Shown in pieces: positions 41,481 through 52,519 of a stretch of DNA of 64,000 bases. Under the pieces are notes generated by a model. It was not told the DNA's origin and did not search any database. It worked only from the letters and a program-made list of their open reading frames with translations. Position 1 is the first letter of the stretch, and the number at the start of each line of letters is the position of its first letter. Origin of the DNA: Eledone cirrhosa (lineage: Eukaryota). A program made the position numbers and the translations under genes. The stretch lies in contig OZ024743.1 of NCBI GenBank assembly GCA_964016885.1, forward strand, positions 173,290,001 to 173,354,000, in the 5' to 3' direction.

Positions 41481-41852
41481 GTACCCTCCTTCCAGTGAGA
41501 AAGCTAAGATTGAACGATGCATGTGAAATGAAGATAGGTATGACTAGGTGTGTTGTTGAAGAAAATCAGTAAAAATTAAAAAAACACATGAAAGTCATTT
41601 ACAAACAGGAGACATGAAAGAAAACATGCAAAGCAAAAGAAATTTACATGCAGGAAAATGTACTGTGATGTTACATAAAATTGAAAATGTTCGTACGAAA
41701 AGTTTGTTGATTAAAAGTTCGTTCATTTCATAGAAACGGAAAAATTTTCTTTTGTCTGTTCTTTTGATGTTGGTGATGCACAGAGTTAATTGATTTGTGT
41801 GTAGCAATAGTTCATGACCACAGAAATTGGTTGATTCGTTGAAATGTACAAA

Positions 41853-44800
41853 TTAGCCAAAATGTCGACCAGATGCATAATTTGTACTTACCCGATAAAC
41901 TTGTATGTATCGCGTGGGCCATTGGACTGTTCTTCCAGATTTGGTGTGTCGGGGTTGTGCAGAATTTGTCGTGTTTGTGTCGGACAAAGTTGTTGGTGAG
42001 TCTGCTGGAGAAACGGTGGGTACTGGTGGCAATTCCTGTTCTATGAACGCTTTCTTCAAACGATCAATGGAGACTGTATTTCGTTTCCCGTTCAAGTCTA
42101 GGACGAAATACTTTGGGCGTTTCTGTATCACCTTATAGGGTCCGGAATACGGCGGACGAAGTTGCGATGGAATACCGTCATTTCTAACGAAAACATGCGT
42201 CCATGTATCGATGTCTTTTGGTATGTGTGAAGTAACGTGCTGTTGTTTAGGGGCTGAAGGAGACAGATGCGACATTGATGACCGTAAACGGTGCACATAT
42301 TTTGTAGGGTCTGGAAGTTCTTGTGGCGAAACAGGAGCAATCATTTGTCCGGGTAGAGTGAGTACGGTGCCATACACCATTTCAGCCGGAGAATGTCCGA
42401 CTCCCTCCTTAACCGTGGAACGAATATCAAGAAGAATGAGTGGGAGGTGTTCGAACCAGTTAGTGGAGTCTTCGTAAGCCTTGATAGATGATTTTAGCTG
42501 GCGGTGTAAGCGTTCTACCATGCCGTTAGCGGCAGGGTGATACGCTGTTGTACGGATGTGTTTGCACCCGAGGAGACGAGTCAGCTCGGTAAATAGGTTC
42601 GAATCGAACTGACGTCCTCTATCCGTAGTGATGGTCGCGGGTGTGCCGAAACGCGAAACCCAGTGAAACACTAGCGTTTTGGCGACAGTTTCCGCAGTAA
42701 TATCCGTCAGGGGAAAAGCTTCTGGCCAGCGAAAAAATCGGTCGACACAGGTGAGAAAATGAGTGTGGTTGTGAGAAGGAGGCAAAGGTCCAACTATGTC
42801 TATATGCACATGTTGGAACCGTGCATCAGGTGTTGCGAAAGAGTCGATCGGGGCTTTGATGTGCCGGTGAATTTTCGCCTTCTGGCACGCGATGCAGTTC
42901 CTAGCCCATTCGCGGGTGTCCTTGTTGATGGTGGGCCACACAAAGCGGGTAACCATCAGTTTCTGCGTGGCGCGGACGCCAGGATGTGCCAGAGAATGCA
43001 GTGCCGAGAAAACGTCGCGTCGATGTTTCCGGGGCACGTATGGGCGCTCGTGGCCTGTGGAGATGTCGCACCAAATATAACCCGAAGAAGAGGGCAGCGG
43101 GCATTCCTTCAATTTCAAGGATGATTTCTGGAGTTGCAGCAGTTCCTCGTCATTCTGTTGATCCGCTGCAATCTTCTGGAGGTCGATAGTGGCAGTGTTG
43201 TGGATTGCGTTAAGCTCCATGCGCGATAGGGCATCAGCTGCTGAGTTGGTGGCACCCTTAATGTACCGAATATCAGTAGTGTACTGAGAAATGAAGTCCA
43301 GATGTCGGACCTCCCTGGGTGAGTGTCGGTCAGGCTTGGCATTGAACGCGTACACTAGTGGTTTGTGGTCGGTGTATATATAGAGAACACACGACCTTCT
43401 AGCCATGTGTCGAAAATGCTTGACAGCAAGGTATGCTGCCAATAATTCACGACTGAATGTGCTGTACTTAGTTTCGGCGGGTTTTAATCGCTTAGAGAAA
43501 AAAGATACAGGTCGCCAAATATCGCCAGAGAGTTGTTGAAGCACACCTCCAACTCCGAAATCGGATGCATCAGTCAATAAACATATTGGGGCGTCAGGTT
43601 TGGGGTAACTCAGCATTGTAGCCTCGGACAACATTTTCTTCAACTCAGCGAAAGCGGTACATTCTTTTTCGCTGAGCTTGATGTTTGCGTTTTTGGTTGT
43701 ACGCTGCCGCAGCAAATCTGTGAGTGGTTGGGCTGTCTCTGCACAGTGGGGTATAAATCTTCTGTAGAAGTTTATCAGGCCAAGAAATTCTCGCAGTTTG
43801 CGGAGAGATATAGGTTGTGGAAAATCAATGATGGATTTGACTTTCTCCTTAAGTGGGCGAATACCATCTTTGTCAATGATGTGTCCCAGAAAATGAAGGG
43901 ACGCAACTCCGAACTCACATTTGCTGGGGTTGATAACGATTCCATATTCACGCAAACGTGTGAATAGGAGATCCAGGTGTTTCTCATGTTCTTCATCGGA
44001 GCTGCTGGCCACCAGTAAGTCGTCAATGTATGCGTATACAAAAGGTAGATCCCTGGTGACTGTATCGATGAATCACTGGAATGTCTGCGCTGCATTTCGC
44101 AAACCGAAAGGCATACGCAGAAATTCGAACATTCCAAAGGGTGTTGTGACTGCGGTCTTTGGAATATCTGCGGGCTCTACGGGTATCTGATTGTAAGCTC
44201 GCACAAGATCGATCTTCGAAAATATGCGAGCCCCGTGCAGCGAGCTAGAGAAGTCCTGTAGATGAGGCACTGGATAAGAGTCAGGAACGGTGCAGTTGTT
44301 TAGTGCATGGTAGTCGCCACAGATTCGCTAGTCGTTCGACGACTTCTTGGGTACACAGTGTATGGGTGAGGACCAGTTGCTGCTGGATGGACGTATGATG
44401 CCGAGATCCAGCATGTGCTGAAATTCTTGTTTGACGGACTTCAGCCGGTCTGGTGGTAGCCTTCTAGGTCGTGCAGCGACAGGTGGGCCGTGAGTTTTTA
44501 TGTGGTGTGTGACATCATGTTTTACAGGGCAAGCGTTGAATAGTGGTCTAGCTACGTCTGGGTATTTGTTGATGATGTGGTTGTGCCGGGTTGTTGTTGT
44601 CCATCTTGAAATGACTGGACTGACTGTGGCTGTCCTAGCGGCTATGCCACGCACAGCGAGACCAGTGGAGTTGTCAACGAGACGTTGGTTTTTCAGATCC
44701 ACTAGAAGCGAGAAGTGCTGAAGAAAATCAGCTCCTAAAATAGGGGTCGGCAGCTTAGCAACAACGAATACCCACTGGAAAGTGCGGCGTAGTCCCAAAT

Positions 44801-45040
44801 TTAGTGTCAGGGACTGTTCTCCATAGGTCGGAATATGTGAGTGATTCACTGCCTGGAGCCAGGCTGGTGTCTCTCTCCTTTTTCCAGGAACGCAGGAAAC
44901 CGGGATGATGCCCACTTCAGCACCGGTGTCGGCAAGGAAACGCGTACCTGTGACGCGATCCTGTATGAAAAATAGGCGACTTTGGTTATGAGGGCCAGAA
45001 ACGTCTGTCGCATTCAGTTTCTGGCTGTGTCGTTTCCCTG
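41853..45040 (-). pseudogene. pol: Gypsy pol (protease, RT, RNase H, integrase) with two in-frame stops
   Basis: [33 protein letters not shown] region, DIVGP/TDRG/ANGMVE, GPY; stops at ~44328 and ~44073 in the same frame. Confidence 0.93.
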
Positions 45041-45889
45041 ATTTGTTTTCGAAACAAATGAACAGGGATGGCTGCACTTTTGCGCTCGTCTCCCGAATCT
45101 TTGGTGGTACCAACACTTTTCTGGTGAATCTCGAGATGCGCTGGGACTTCTTGAGCGACCACCAAATCGACGAGTTCGGCTGTTGGCCCGACGTGTGGGA
45201 GGGTTGCCCAGTGACAAGGCCTGAATTTGTTGCGTCAAGGCCTGTATCTGTGTTGCTTGCTGTGCCAGTAACTGGTGTAGATCGGGCATCTCTGTGGCAC
45301 TGGAGGGCTGAAGGAAAGGATTGGTGGGAGGCACGGCTGGCGTCACATTCGCCAAAGTTGAGTGCGGATGTGGTACCTCCATGATCTTATCTGCCAGCTC
45401 GGCAAGTTCTTCTATGGTGGTGGACTCCCTGGTGGATGCTAGTACCACTTGTGTGGCAGAAGGTAAACGCTGGAGGAAGAGTTGCTCGAAAATTTCATCC
45501 GGGAGTTTATGTTTACCCAGGAGCTGCTTCATTTTCCGTAGGAGTTGCGTCGGCTTTTTATCTCCTAATTCCTCCGATATGAGTAGCTGGTGCAAGCGCT
45601 TCTGCTGCGACTCCGACGTCCGCTTAACTAATGTTCTTTTAAACGTGTCATATGACACAGAGCCGGGTGGTGCTAAAATGAGGTCTCGGACCTCATTCAT
45701 AATCTCCGGAGACATCGAACCGATGAGATGTGTGAGACGGGATGCCTTGCTAACGATCCGGTTTGATGCGAACTGCGCTTCGATGTGCGCGAACCACAGT
45801 GTTGGATCGTGCAGCCAGAATGGTGGAATCCTTAATGTCGACCTGACTGCCATTTCTGCCGTTGATGAATCGTCGTGTGCTAGAGACAT
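45014..45889 (-). CDS. gag: Gypsy gag
   Basis: IPPFW...WFAHIEAQF, LGDKKPTQLL, CWYHQRFG...C...C knuckle. Confidence 0.92.
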   Translation of the reverse strand: MSLAHDDSSTAEMAVRSTLRIPPFWLHDPTLWFAHIEAQFASNRIVSKASRLTHLIGSMSPEIMNEVRDLILAPPGSVSYDTFKRTLVKRTSESQQKRLHQLLISEELGDKKPTQLLRKMKQLLGKHKLPDEIFEQLFLQRLPSATQVVLASTRESTTIEELAELADKIMEVPHPHSTLANVTPAVPPTNPFLQPSSATEMPDLHQLLAQQATQIQALTQQIQALSLGNPPTRRANSRTRRFGGRSRSPSASRDSPEKCWYHQRFGRRAQKCSHPCSFVSKTNQGNDTARN

Positions 45890-45929
45890 AGTTTGTTGTG
45901 GATGATCAGAAGGTTGTGTGTTTGTTTTA

Positions 45930-45940
45930 CGGGGTCACCA
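45930..45940 (-). promoter_or_regulatory. Primer binding site, tRNA-Trp type
   Basis: TGGTGACCCCG 2 nt inside the 5' LTR boundary. Confidence 0.85.
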
Positions 45941-45942
45941 GT

Positions 45943-46655
45943 TGTAACGGAATATTATGTGTGGTTGTAACGACAAGTGGATGGATGGATGTAACTGTTG
46001 GTATGGTGGTTTCAGTGTAAATAAAAATACCAGGAGTGATGTTACAAAGTTTATTTTATTACAACAATATTCAATTTGAATATTGAATGATAAAATAATT
46101 GACACAAAATATTCATACAATAATTTGGCGGCTCTTCGAGCCACGTAAATTCAAATATCACAGAATACGATTATAATATGTGTAAACAGAAATGAATGGT
46201 GCATGTACAAATGTTGGACTCACTATGAATTGCGTGTGTGCGGCGTATCAGTATATTTACTTATTTGTATTGCAGGAGTCAGCGATCAGCCAGGAAGGTG
46301 AGAATAAGTGGTAGACTGGTTTTTCGTGACGAGAGCTTGTAAATGAGACTCGTCTTGTCTGTATCCACTGCTTTTCTGTTTTAGGCGTAAACAATCCCTC
46401 TATTTATAAGAGTTAAAGTTAGAAGGATAGCTATATCCTCTGAACTTTGGTTAGTCTCCCAAGGGATTAGTTTGCCAAGCGTAAACAAGTCAGAAAGATG
46501 GATATATCCTCTGACCTATTTTCTGTCAGGCGTAAACACCTCTGACCTGTGTTTAGCCTCTCCCAAGGGGTTAGTCTCCTGAGCGTAAACAAATTACCAC
46601 GGCTTGTCCCCAGAGGCGGGAAAGCTCAGATTTGGTTTTGAATCTTCACCGCCGT

Positions 46656-46659
<4 letters not shown>
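45943..46659 (-). repeat. 5' LTR (717 bp) with TATAAATA box
   Basis: Termini tgtaacgg / ccgttata; matches the 3' LTR. Confidence 0.93.
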
Positions 46660-46706
<47 letters not shown>

Positions 46707-46721
46707 ATATATATATATGAA

Positions 46722-48690
46722 TATCATCATCATCATCATTTTACATCTGCTTTTCCCTGCTTGCAAGGGTGGGATGGGTCCTATTCAGCACAGCATCTCT
46801 CCACATGTCACGGTCCTTCGTCATCTCCTTGGTGAGTTTCAATGATCTGAGGTCTGCTCTCACCACCTCCGCCCATTTTTTTCGTCGTCATCCTCTACTA
46901 CGTATTCCTTCAACTGGTATTTCTCGGAACTTCTTTACCCAGTGGTCATCCTCCATGCGCATCACATGTCCATTCCATCGCAGTCTTCTCTCCCGCACAC
47001 TACAACTTATCCCTCTTAAACACAGTTTCTCTCTCATCACATCCATGTTCGATCATTCACGCGCATTGGCATATCCTCTGCAGTTGCTGCCCATGATTCA
47101 CTACCCTGAAGCATCGCGCACGTCACACAGGCATCATATAACCAGCCTTTTGTACGCAGGGAGAAACCCTTCTTCGTCAGCAGAGGAAGCAGCTCCCTAA
47201 ACTTCTTCCAACCCGTCCTTATTCTAGATACTATGGCCTAGGAACACTCCCTTCTGATCAGCTAGGTACCGGAAGCTATCAAGCACTTCTTTAGAACCCA
47301 CCTGCATTTGAAAAATGTGTCTATCAATGCGACTTCTACTGTCAAATTTCCCTGTACATCTACTGCATACGTATTTTTCCTTACCTGTTAGTTTAACTGC
47401 TATTCCACTACATCTCTTGTGTACCCAAGATCTGCATTGTGTACTTTTTATAGAATTTATGCCAGTTCCTGGACAGCCAGTCTTAAACTCCTCTGTTATG
47501 GCTTGGAGGACTATAATGAACAAGAGTGTGCTGAGGACCAATCCCTGATGTACTCCTTCTTGTATCTGGAATTCCTTACTAAACTCCATTCCTACTCTCA
47601 CTTTACTGACAGCACCTCTGTACAAAGTTTGCACTGTCCTCACAAGCTATTCCTCAACATCTAGTTTCCTCAGGGACCACCAGATGACAGATCAGGGTAC
47701 CCTATCAAAGCCTTCTCTAGGTCAACAAAAGCTAAGTATAGTGTCTTATTCTTCTCTAAGAACCTCTCTTGTAGTTGTTTCACTAAGAAGAGGGCACCTG
47801 TTAAACTTTTCCCAGGCACAAAACCAAACTGCATCTGATCTAGTTTGACCCTTTCTCTAATTAGTTGCGCTAATATCCTTTCTGCCACTTTCATAACCTG
47901 ATCCATCAGTTTTATGCCCCTATAATTGCTCCTCTCCAGAGCATCCCCTTTAAATTTGTAGCAATTTATGAAAATACCTCTGCACCAGTCTTTGGGTATG
48001 ACACCACCATATATAGCCTGATTGATGATGTGTGCAATCAGTTTAGTGCCTACGTCCCCTGATGCCTTCAGCATCTATCCCCGACGGTCCAGCGGCCTTA
48101 CCATTTTTCATTTCCTTAATCGCCTCTTGGACCCTATATTCATCAATCTCAATAGCTGGTCCCTCTGTCGGATCTAATACGGGTAATTTCTCTCTCTCCC
48201 ATTCATTCTCCACATTCATCAGTTTCTCATAATGACATTTCCAGGCCTCCTTTTTTTGATCATTCGTGACACTAAGTACACCGGCATCATTCCGGACACA
48301 CTTATCTCCAACAACATTCTGATTTGCACTGACACAATCCGGAACACCGCACATCTCTGATCTACCCATCGCAGAACATTGGCAAACCTCCCACTCTCAG
48401 CCTCCCTGCGTGCTAAGTACACCTGATGTCTAGCTTCTCTCTTAGCGGCTGTATATCCTTCTCTACTACCACCATTTTCCCAAGTGTTCCATGCTAGTCT
48501 TTTGTCTCTAATGGCCCTATCTCTGTCTGGTTGGAGTTCTGCTCCAGCCACAATTTTATTCAGTAGCCTGCAGTAAGTTGTCACGTAAGAAATTCCAGTT
48601 ATCATCTATGTCATACGACTCTAAATTGTCTTCTTTTTCGTCATACACATCTTGAAGGGCTTTCTTAAATTTATATTTTAGTGAAATTTT
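46722..48690 (-). mobile_element. RTE LINE, internally deleted; same family as 1620-2757
   Basis: NYRGIKLMDQVMKV, AFVDLEKA, GVHQG fragments and (GAT)n tail. Confidence 0.88.
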
Positions 48691-48852
48691 TATTTTAGTG
48701 TATATATGTATATAAATATACATATATATACATATATATATATGTATATCTATATATATGTGTATATATATATATATTGTTTTACTTTGGGAAATATATA
48801 TATATATATGTAATGAAATGACAGGAGGCTGGATTTGTGTAAATCCTTGAAA

Positions 48853-49182
48853 GGTTTATTATACTATGATCATTTCAATGACCGGGTTCCGTATGAATCC
48901 GGTGATATCATCAGGTATTCGAAATATAATACGTGAATGTAATAGATAAAATCCATGGGGCTGAAAATCGAGGACCCGAGGGCGACCGCTATCTTGCACC
49001 CTCTACCTTAGCTGGTCGACCAGCTAAGGTAGAGGGTGCAAGATAGCGGTCGCCCTCGGGTCCTCGATTTTCAGCCCCATGGATTTTATCTATTACATTC
49101 ACGTATTATATTTCGAATACCTGATGATATCACCGGATTCATACGGAACCCGGTCATTGAAATGATCATAGTATAATAAACC
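48853..49182. repeat. Perfect 330-bp palindrome with no spacer
   Basis: Centre gtc|gac at 49017/49018; arms read as exact reverse complements. Confidence 0.95.
49117..49174 (+). ncRNA. Minimal hammerhead ribozyme (family H); mirror copy at 48861-48918 on the minus strand
   Basis: atac-CTGATGA-tatcaccgg...ccggtcatt-GAAA-tgatca-TA-gtat. Confidence 0.75.
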
Positions 49183-49236
49183 AGCCATAGAAAACCCGCC
49201 AGACAGTCCTATACGAGCAAGACAACAAATCTTGCC

Positions 49237-51230
49237 TCAAGTGGGAAAATTCCCATCCAAACCCATGTTTCCCATCGGGAAAATTTTCTTTAGGCTCATT
49301 GAAAAACACTTCCCACCACAACACCGCTACCACAACATAATTAACAAAAATACCATCAAACTCTCTTACAGCACTACACCTAACTTCGCACAAAACATCG
49401 TCTCCTCCAACAACAAAAAACTCAACCCCGATGGAAGAAACAACCTAAATAGCAGTGGAGAGCCGACCAGGGGGTGCAACTGTCCTGATAGATCCAGTTG
49501 CCCCCTCGACAACAGATGCAGAGACCGTAATGTGATCTACCAGTGCAATGTGAGCACGGACACCTCCAACAAAGCTTATATAGGATTAACCACATGCGAC
49601 TTCAAGACCCGGCTATACCAACACAGACATACCTTCCGAAACCCGGCCCGGCGTCACGCCACTACACTTTCGGGCCACATATGGGACCTCAAGGACAACA
49701 ACATCAACTATGATCTCACTTGGAAATTTCTGTCCAGAGCCAACTCTTACACGGGAGGACGCCGTCCGTGCAATTTATGCTCGGCGGAAACATTACAAAT
49801 GCTGTTTTCGACGGACCAACTCCTAAACAAGAAAGATGAACTGGTTACTGCATGTAAACACCGATTACGTAGGACTTAACCCGCCCTCAAACCCCATAAT
49901 GACCCGGGGGGGGGGGGTAGACTAGGGCTATAACACCCCACTTGCCGATTTTGTAATGGGTAACCCCTGCTTGCCAATGGAGACGTAAGATCTTCTTTTA
50001 CATTCTTTTATCGCTTCCTCTATATTTCCTCCTTCCCCCCATCCCTCCCTAGTCCTTCTACCCCAGTTCCTTTTCTTTGTCGTCGTCTTCTTCTCGCCCA
50101 CCCGAGGTAGCCCATCGGTCCCTTGTAGCTTCAGCACCCCCACCCCTCCCCTATTCTATGATAGATTTGGCTGACTCCGCTTTTTATAGCAGAGGTGTTA
50201 GACTTCGGATACTCGCCCCCTTCTCCGACCGCTGTCCCTTTTTTCCGTGCCTTCTATATTTCTTAGTGGCATCTTTGCTTTAATTTCTCGTTTATCTAGT
50301 ATTTCTTTCTTCTTTTTCCCTTTTTTTTTGGGGGGGGGGGGGTGTTCCTGTATTAACTTTCCATTCTTTACTTTTACTTCGTACGATCTTTCATGTAGCT
50401 TGTATAAGACTTTTTGTTTCGTGGCGGTACCCTTAGAGTTAGCACTAGTATTTTTTTGCGGGACCCTGAATTATATTCTCGTACTAGTTTACTTTCTTTG
50501 CACTGGGTGGTTGCTGGCCCTGTGATTGGGGTGGAAACCTTTATTATTTTCGTGGTAGTGTCTTTAGTATTCTGCCCCCCCCCCCTTTGTTGACCCGCCA
50601 CCGTACGATACACGCACTTATACCTCGTATAAGGGTCCCTTTATTTCCGTCCCACCTAGTTTATTTCTATTATTATTATTTATTATCTTATTCTACATTA
50701 TATATATATATATATATTCTTTCTTTTTTCTTTTTTTTTAAATTTATTTATCTATTCTTTTATTCACTTATCTGTTTATTTATTTATTTTTGTATTTCTT
50801 TAGCCTAGCAATAGCGAGAGACTTAAGTCTTAGTAACCAGATTTTGCTTATTTTTTTTCTCTCTCAGTACCTTTTATAGTTTTACCTTTCATTGTTCTAC
50901 TTACCGTTTCGACCTCCTCCCCCTCCCCAGTATCCTCTTTGACCTCACACCCAACTGTAGCTGGCACTACCAACGCATGAATGGGTCTACTCCACCCCTC
51001 TCCCTTTTTCTCCTACCGGCAGGTTTAGCCACCCCTTCCCCCACCAACTTGCCATCACAGATTTACTACTAACTTGTGATGTGACCAATCCTGGTGATTA
51101 TCTCTGACCCATATATGGAATTACCCCTTGATAAGTTCGGCTATTTAAATACCAGAATAAATTTTCACTCAGTACAGAATTAGCCGTCGAAACGGCTTGA
51201 GATCAGCCGTCGGGGTCTTACTTGTTCCTA
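49237..51230 (+). mobile_element. 5'-truncated Naiad-like PLE (GIY-YIG to 49879, 3' UTR, HHR)
   Basis: TIKLSYS, CNCPDRSSCPL, VIYQC...YIGLT...FKTRLYQH, CNLC; ends at (TA)n. Confidence 0.88.
51123..51216 (+). ncRNA. Three-stem type I hammerhead ribozyme with U3:A8 core (family I)
   Basis: acccc-TTGATAA-gttcggcta...tagccgtc-GAAA-cggct/agccg-TC-ggggt. Confidence 0.8.
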
Positions 51231-51238
51231 TATATATA

Positions 51239-51281
<43 letters not shown>

Positions 51282-51332
51282 ATATATATATATATGTGTA
51301 TATATATATATATGTACATATACATATATATG

Positions 51333-51790
51333 TTCACTGAGTTTACCTTATCTACCCATTTGTCAACTAATAGTATACCCACACCCCCATCCCGTTGTTA
51401 TTTTCCACCCAGAAAAATTTATAGCCCTGATTTTTGCCTATAAGCACTCTAGCAGACCCTCCTCTCCATCTAGTCTCTTGCACACAGCATACATCAGTTT
51501 CCTTTCGCTCTAGCATTTCCATGCTTTCTCCTGCTCTCCCTTTCATTGTGCTTACGTTGATGGTGCCAACCCGGAATTTTGGGTATTCGCCACTACTCGT
51601 GGGAATGGGTGGATTTTTGTGGGGAGTGTGAATGCTTTCTGTCTCTGAATGAAAGCTTTGCATAGGTGCTTGGTAACTCATGGATTCATATTCATGTATT
51701 TATCCGAGGTTGTTCCATTATCCTCAGCTCATCCAAAGCTAATGTTAAACAAGAATTCTTTGGTGCAGGGCTAGAAAGACTGTGGTAGTA
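51333..51790 (-). mobile_element. RTE LINE 5' fragment (start of APE)
   Basis: RVGTINVSTMKGR...VCCVQETRWRG. Confidence 0.8.
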
Positions 51791-52021
51791 ATGGCAGAAT
51801 TTGTTGGTGCTGGTAATGGGCAAGGATATGTTACTGTGGTTTGATTGGTTAAAGAGCCTATGGTGGTATGTGGGTGTGGGCAGGAGGAAAATTGTGAGAT
51901 AGATAGCCATAATGCCGTGGGGGTCCAGCGTGGTTTATTTTGAAGATAAAAACGAAATATCTTCTTTGTGGTGACAAACAAACGATAATAAAGTAATATA
52001 ATAATGTATAAATAACATGTT

Positions 52022-52077
<56 letters not shown>

Positions 52078-52287
52078 AATATAAATTCAGAATTGCATTT
52101 CGGCCGGTAGAAAAAGCGAAACGAAACGCAAAATATATATACATATGTACATACATATATATATACTAGAGGTCTAGAGATCGCTACCCGCTTGTTTTCA
52201 CGTCATTCGATCACCAATACATAGTTGTAACCAGCCAATTCATCAGAGCTTGCGAGAATATACAGGCATGGCTTCTATATATAATAA

Positions 52288-52470
52288 TTGTTTCTACTTT
52301 TGGCACAAGGCCAGCAATTTCCAAGTGTATTACTGGTACTTTATTTTATCGACCCCGTAAGGATGAAAGGCAAAGTTAACCTCGGCGGGATTTGAACTCA
52401 GAATGGCAAGGGCCGTAACTCTATGCGTCAAAGCATGGCGTCCGACCCTCTACCGATACTGCCAATTCAC
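52288..52470 (-). mobile_element. MetaSINE-like SINE
   Basis: Homology to the other copies. Confidence 0.8.
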
Positions 52471-52519
52471 TAAACCTTCTATATATAATAATGGCATCTA
52501 TATATAATAATGGCATTCT

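Larger units (their letters stand above)
40911..46659 (-). mobile_element. Ty3/Gypsy LTR retrotransposon, nearly full length, inserted in (TA)n
   Basis: Two LTRs, PBS, PPT, gag and PR-RT-RH-IN order. Confidence 0.97.

Noticed and set aside
44073-44330. Programmed readthrough at the pol stop codons
   Set aside because: They fall at expected Trp (TGG to TAG) and Arg (CGA to TGA) codons, i.e. ordinary decay
41905-45905. Plus-strand ORFs overlapping Gypsy gag and pol
   Set aside because: Antisense shadow frames with no recognisable motifs
52175-52255. Possible hammerhead on the minus strand (CTGATGA...GAAA)
   Set aside because: Stems and the NUH triplet cannot be formed consistently
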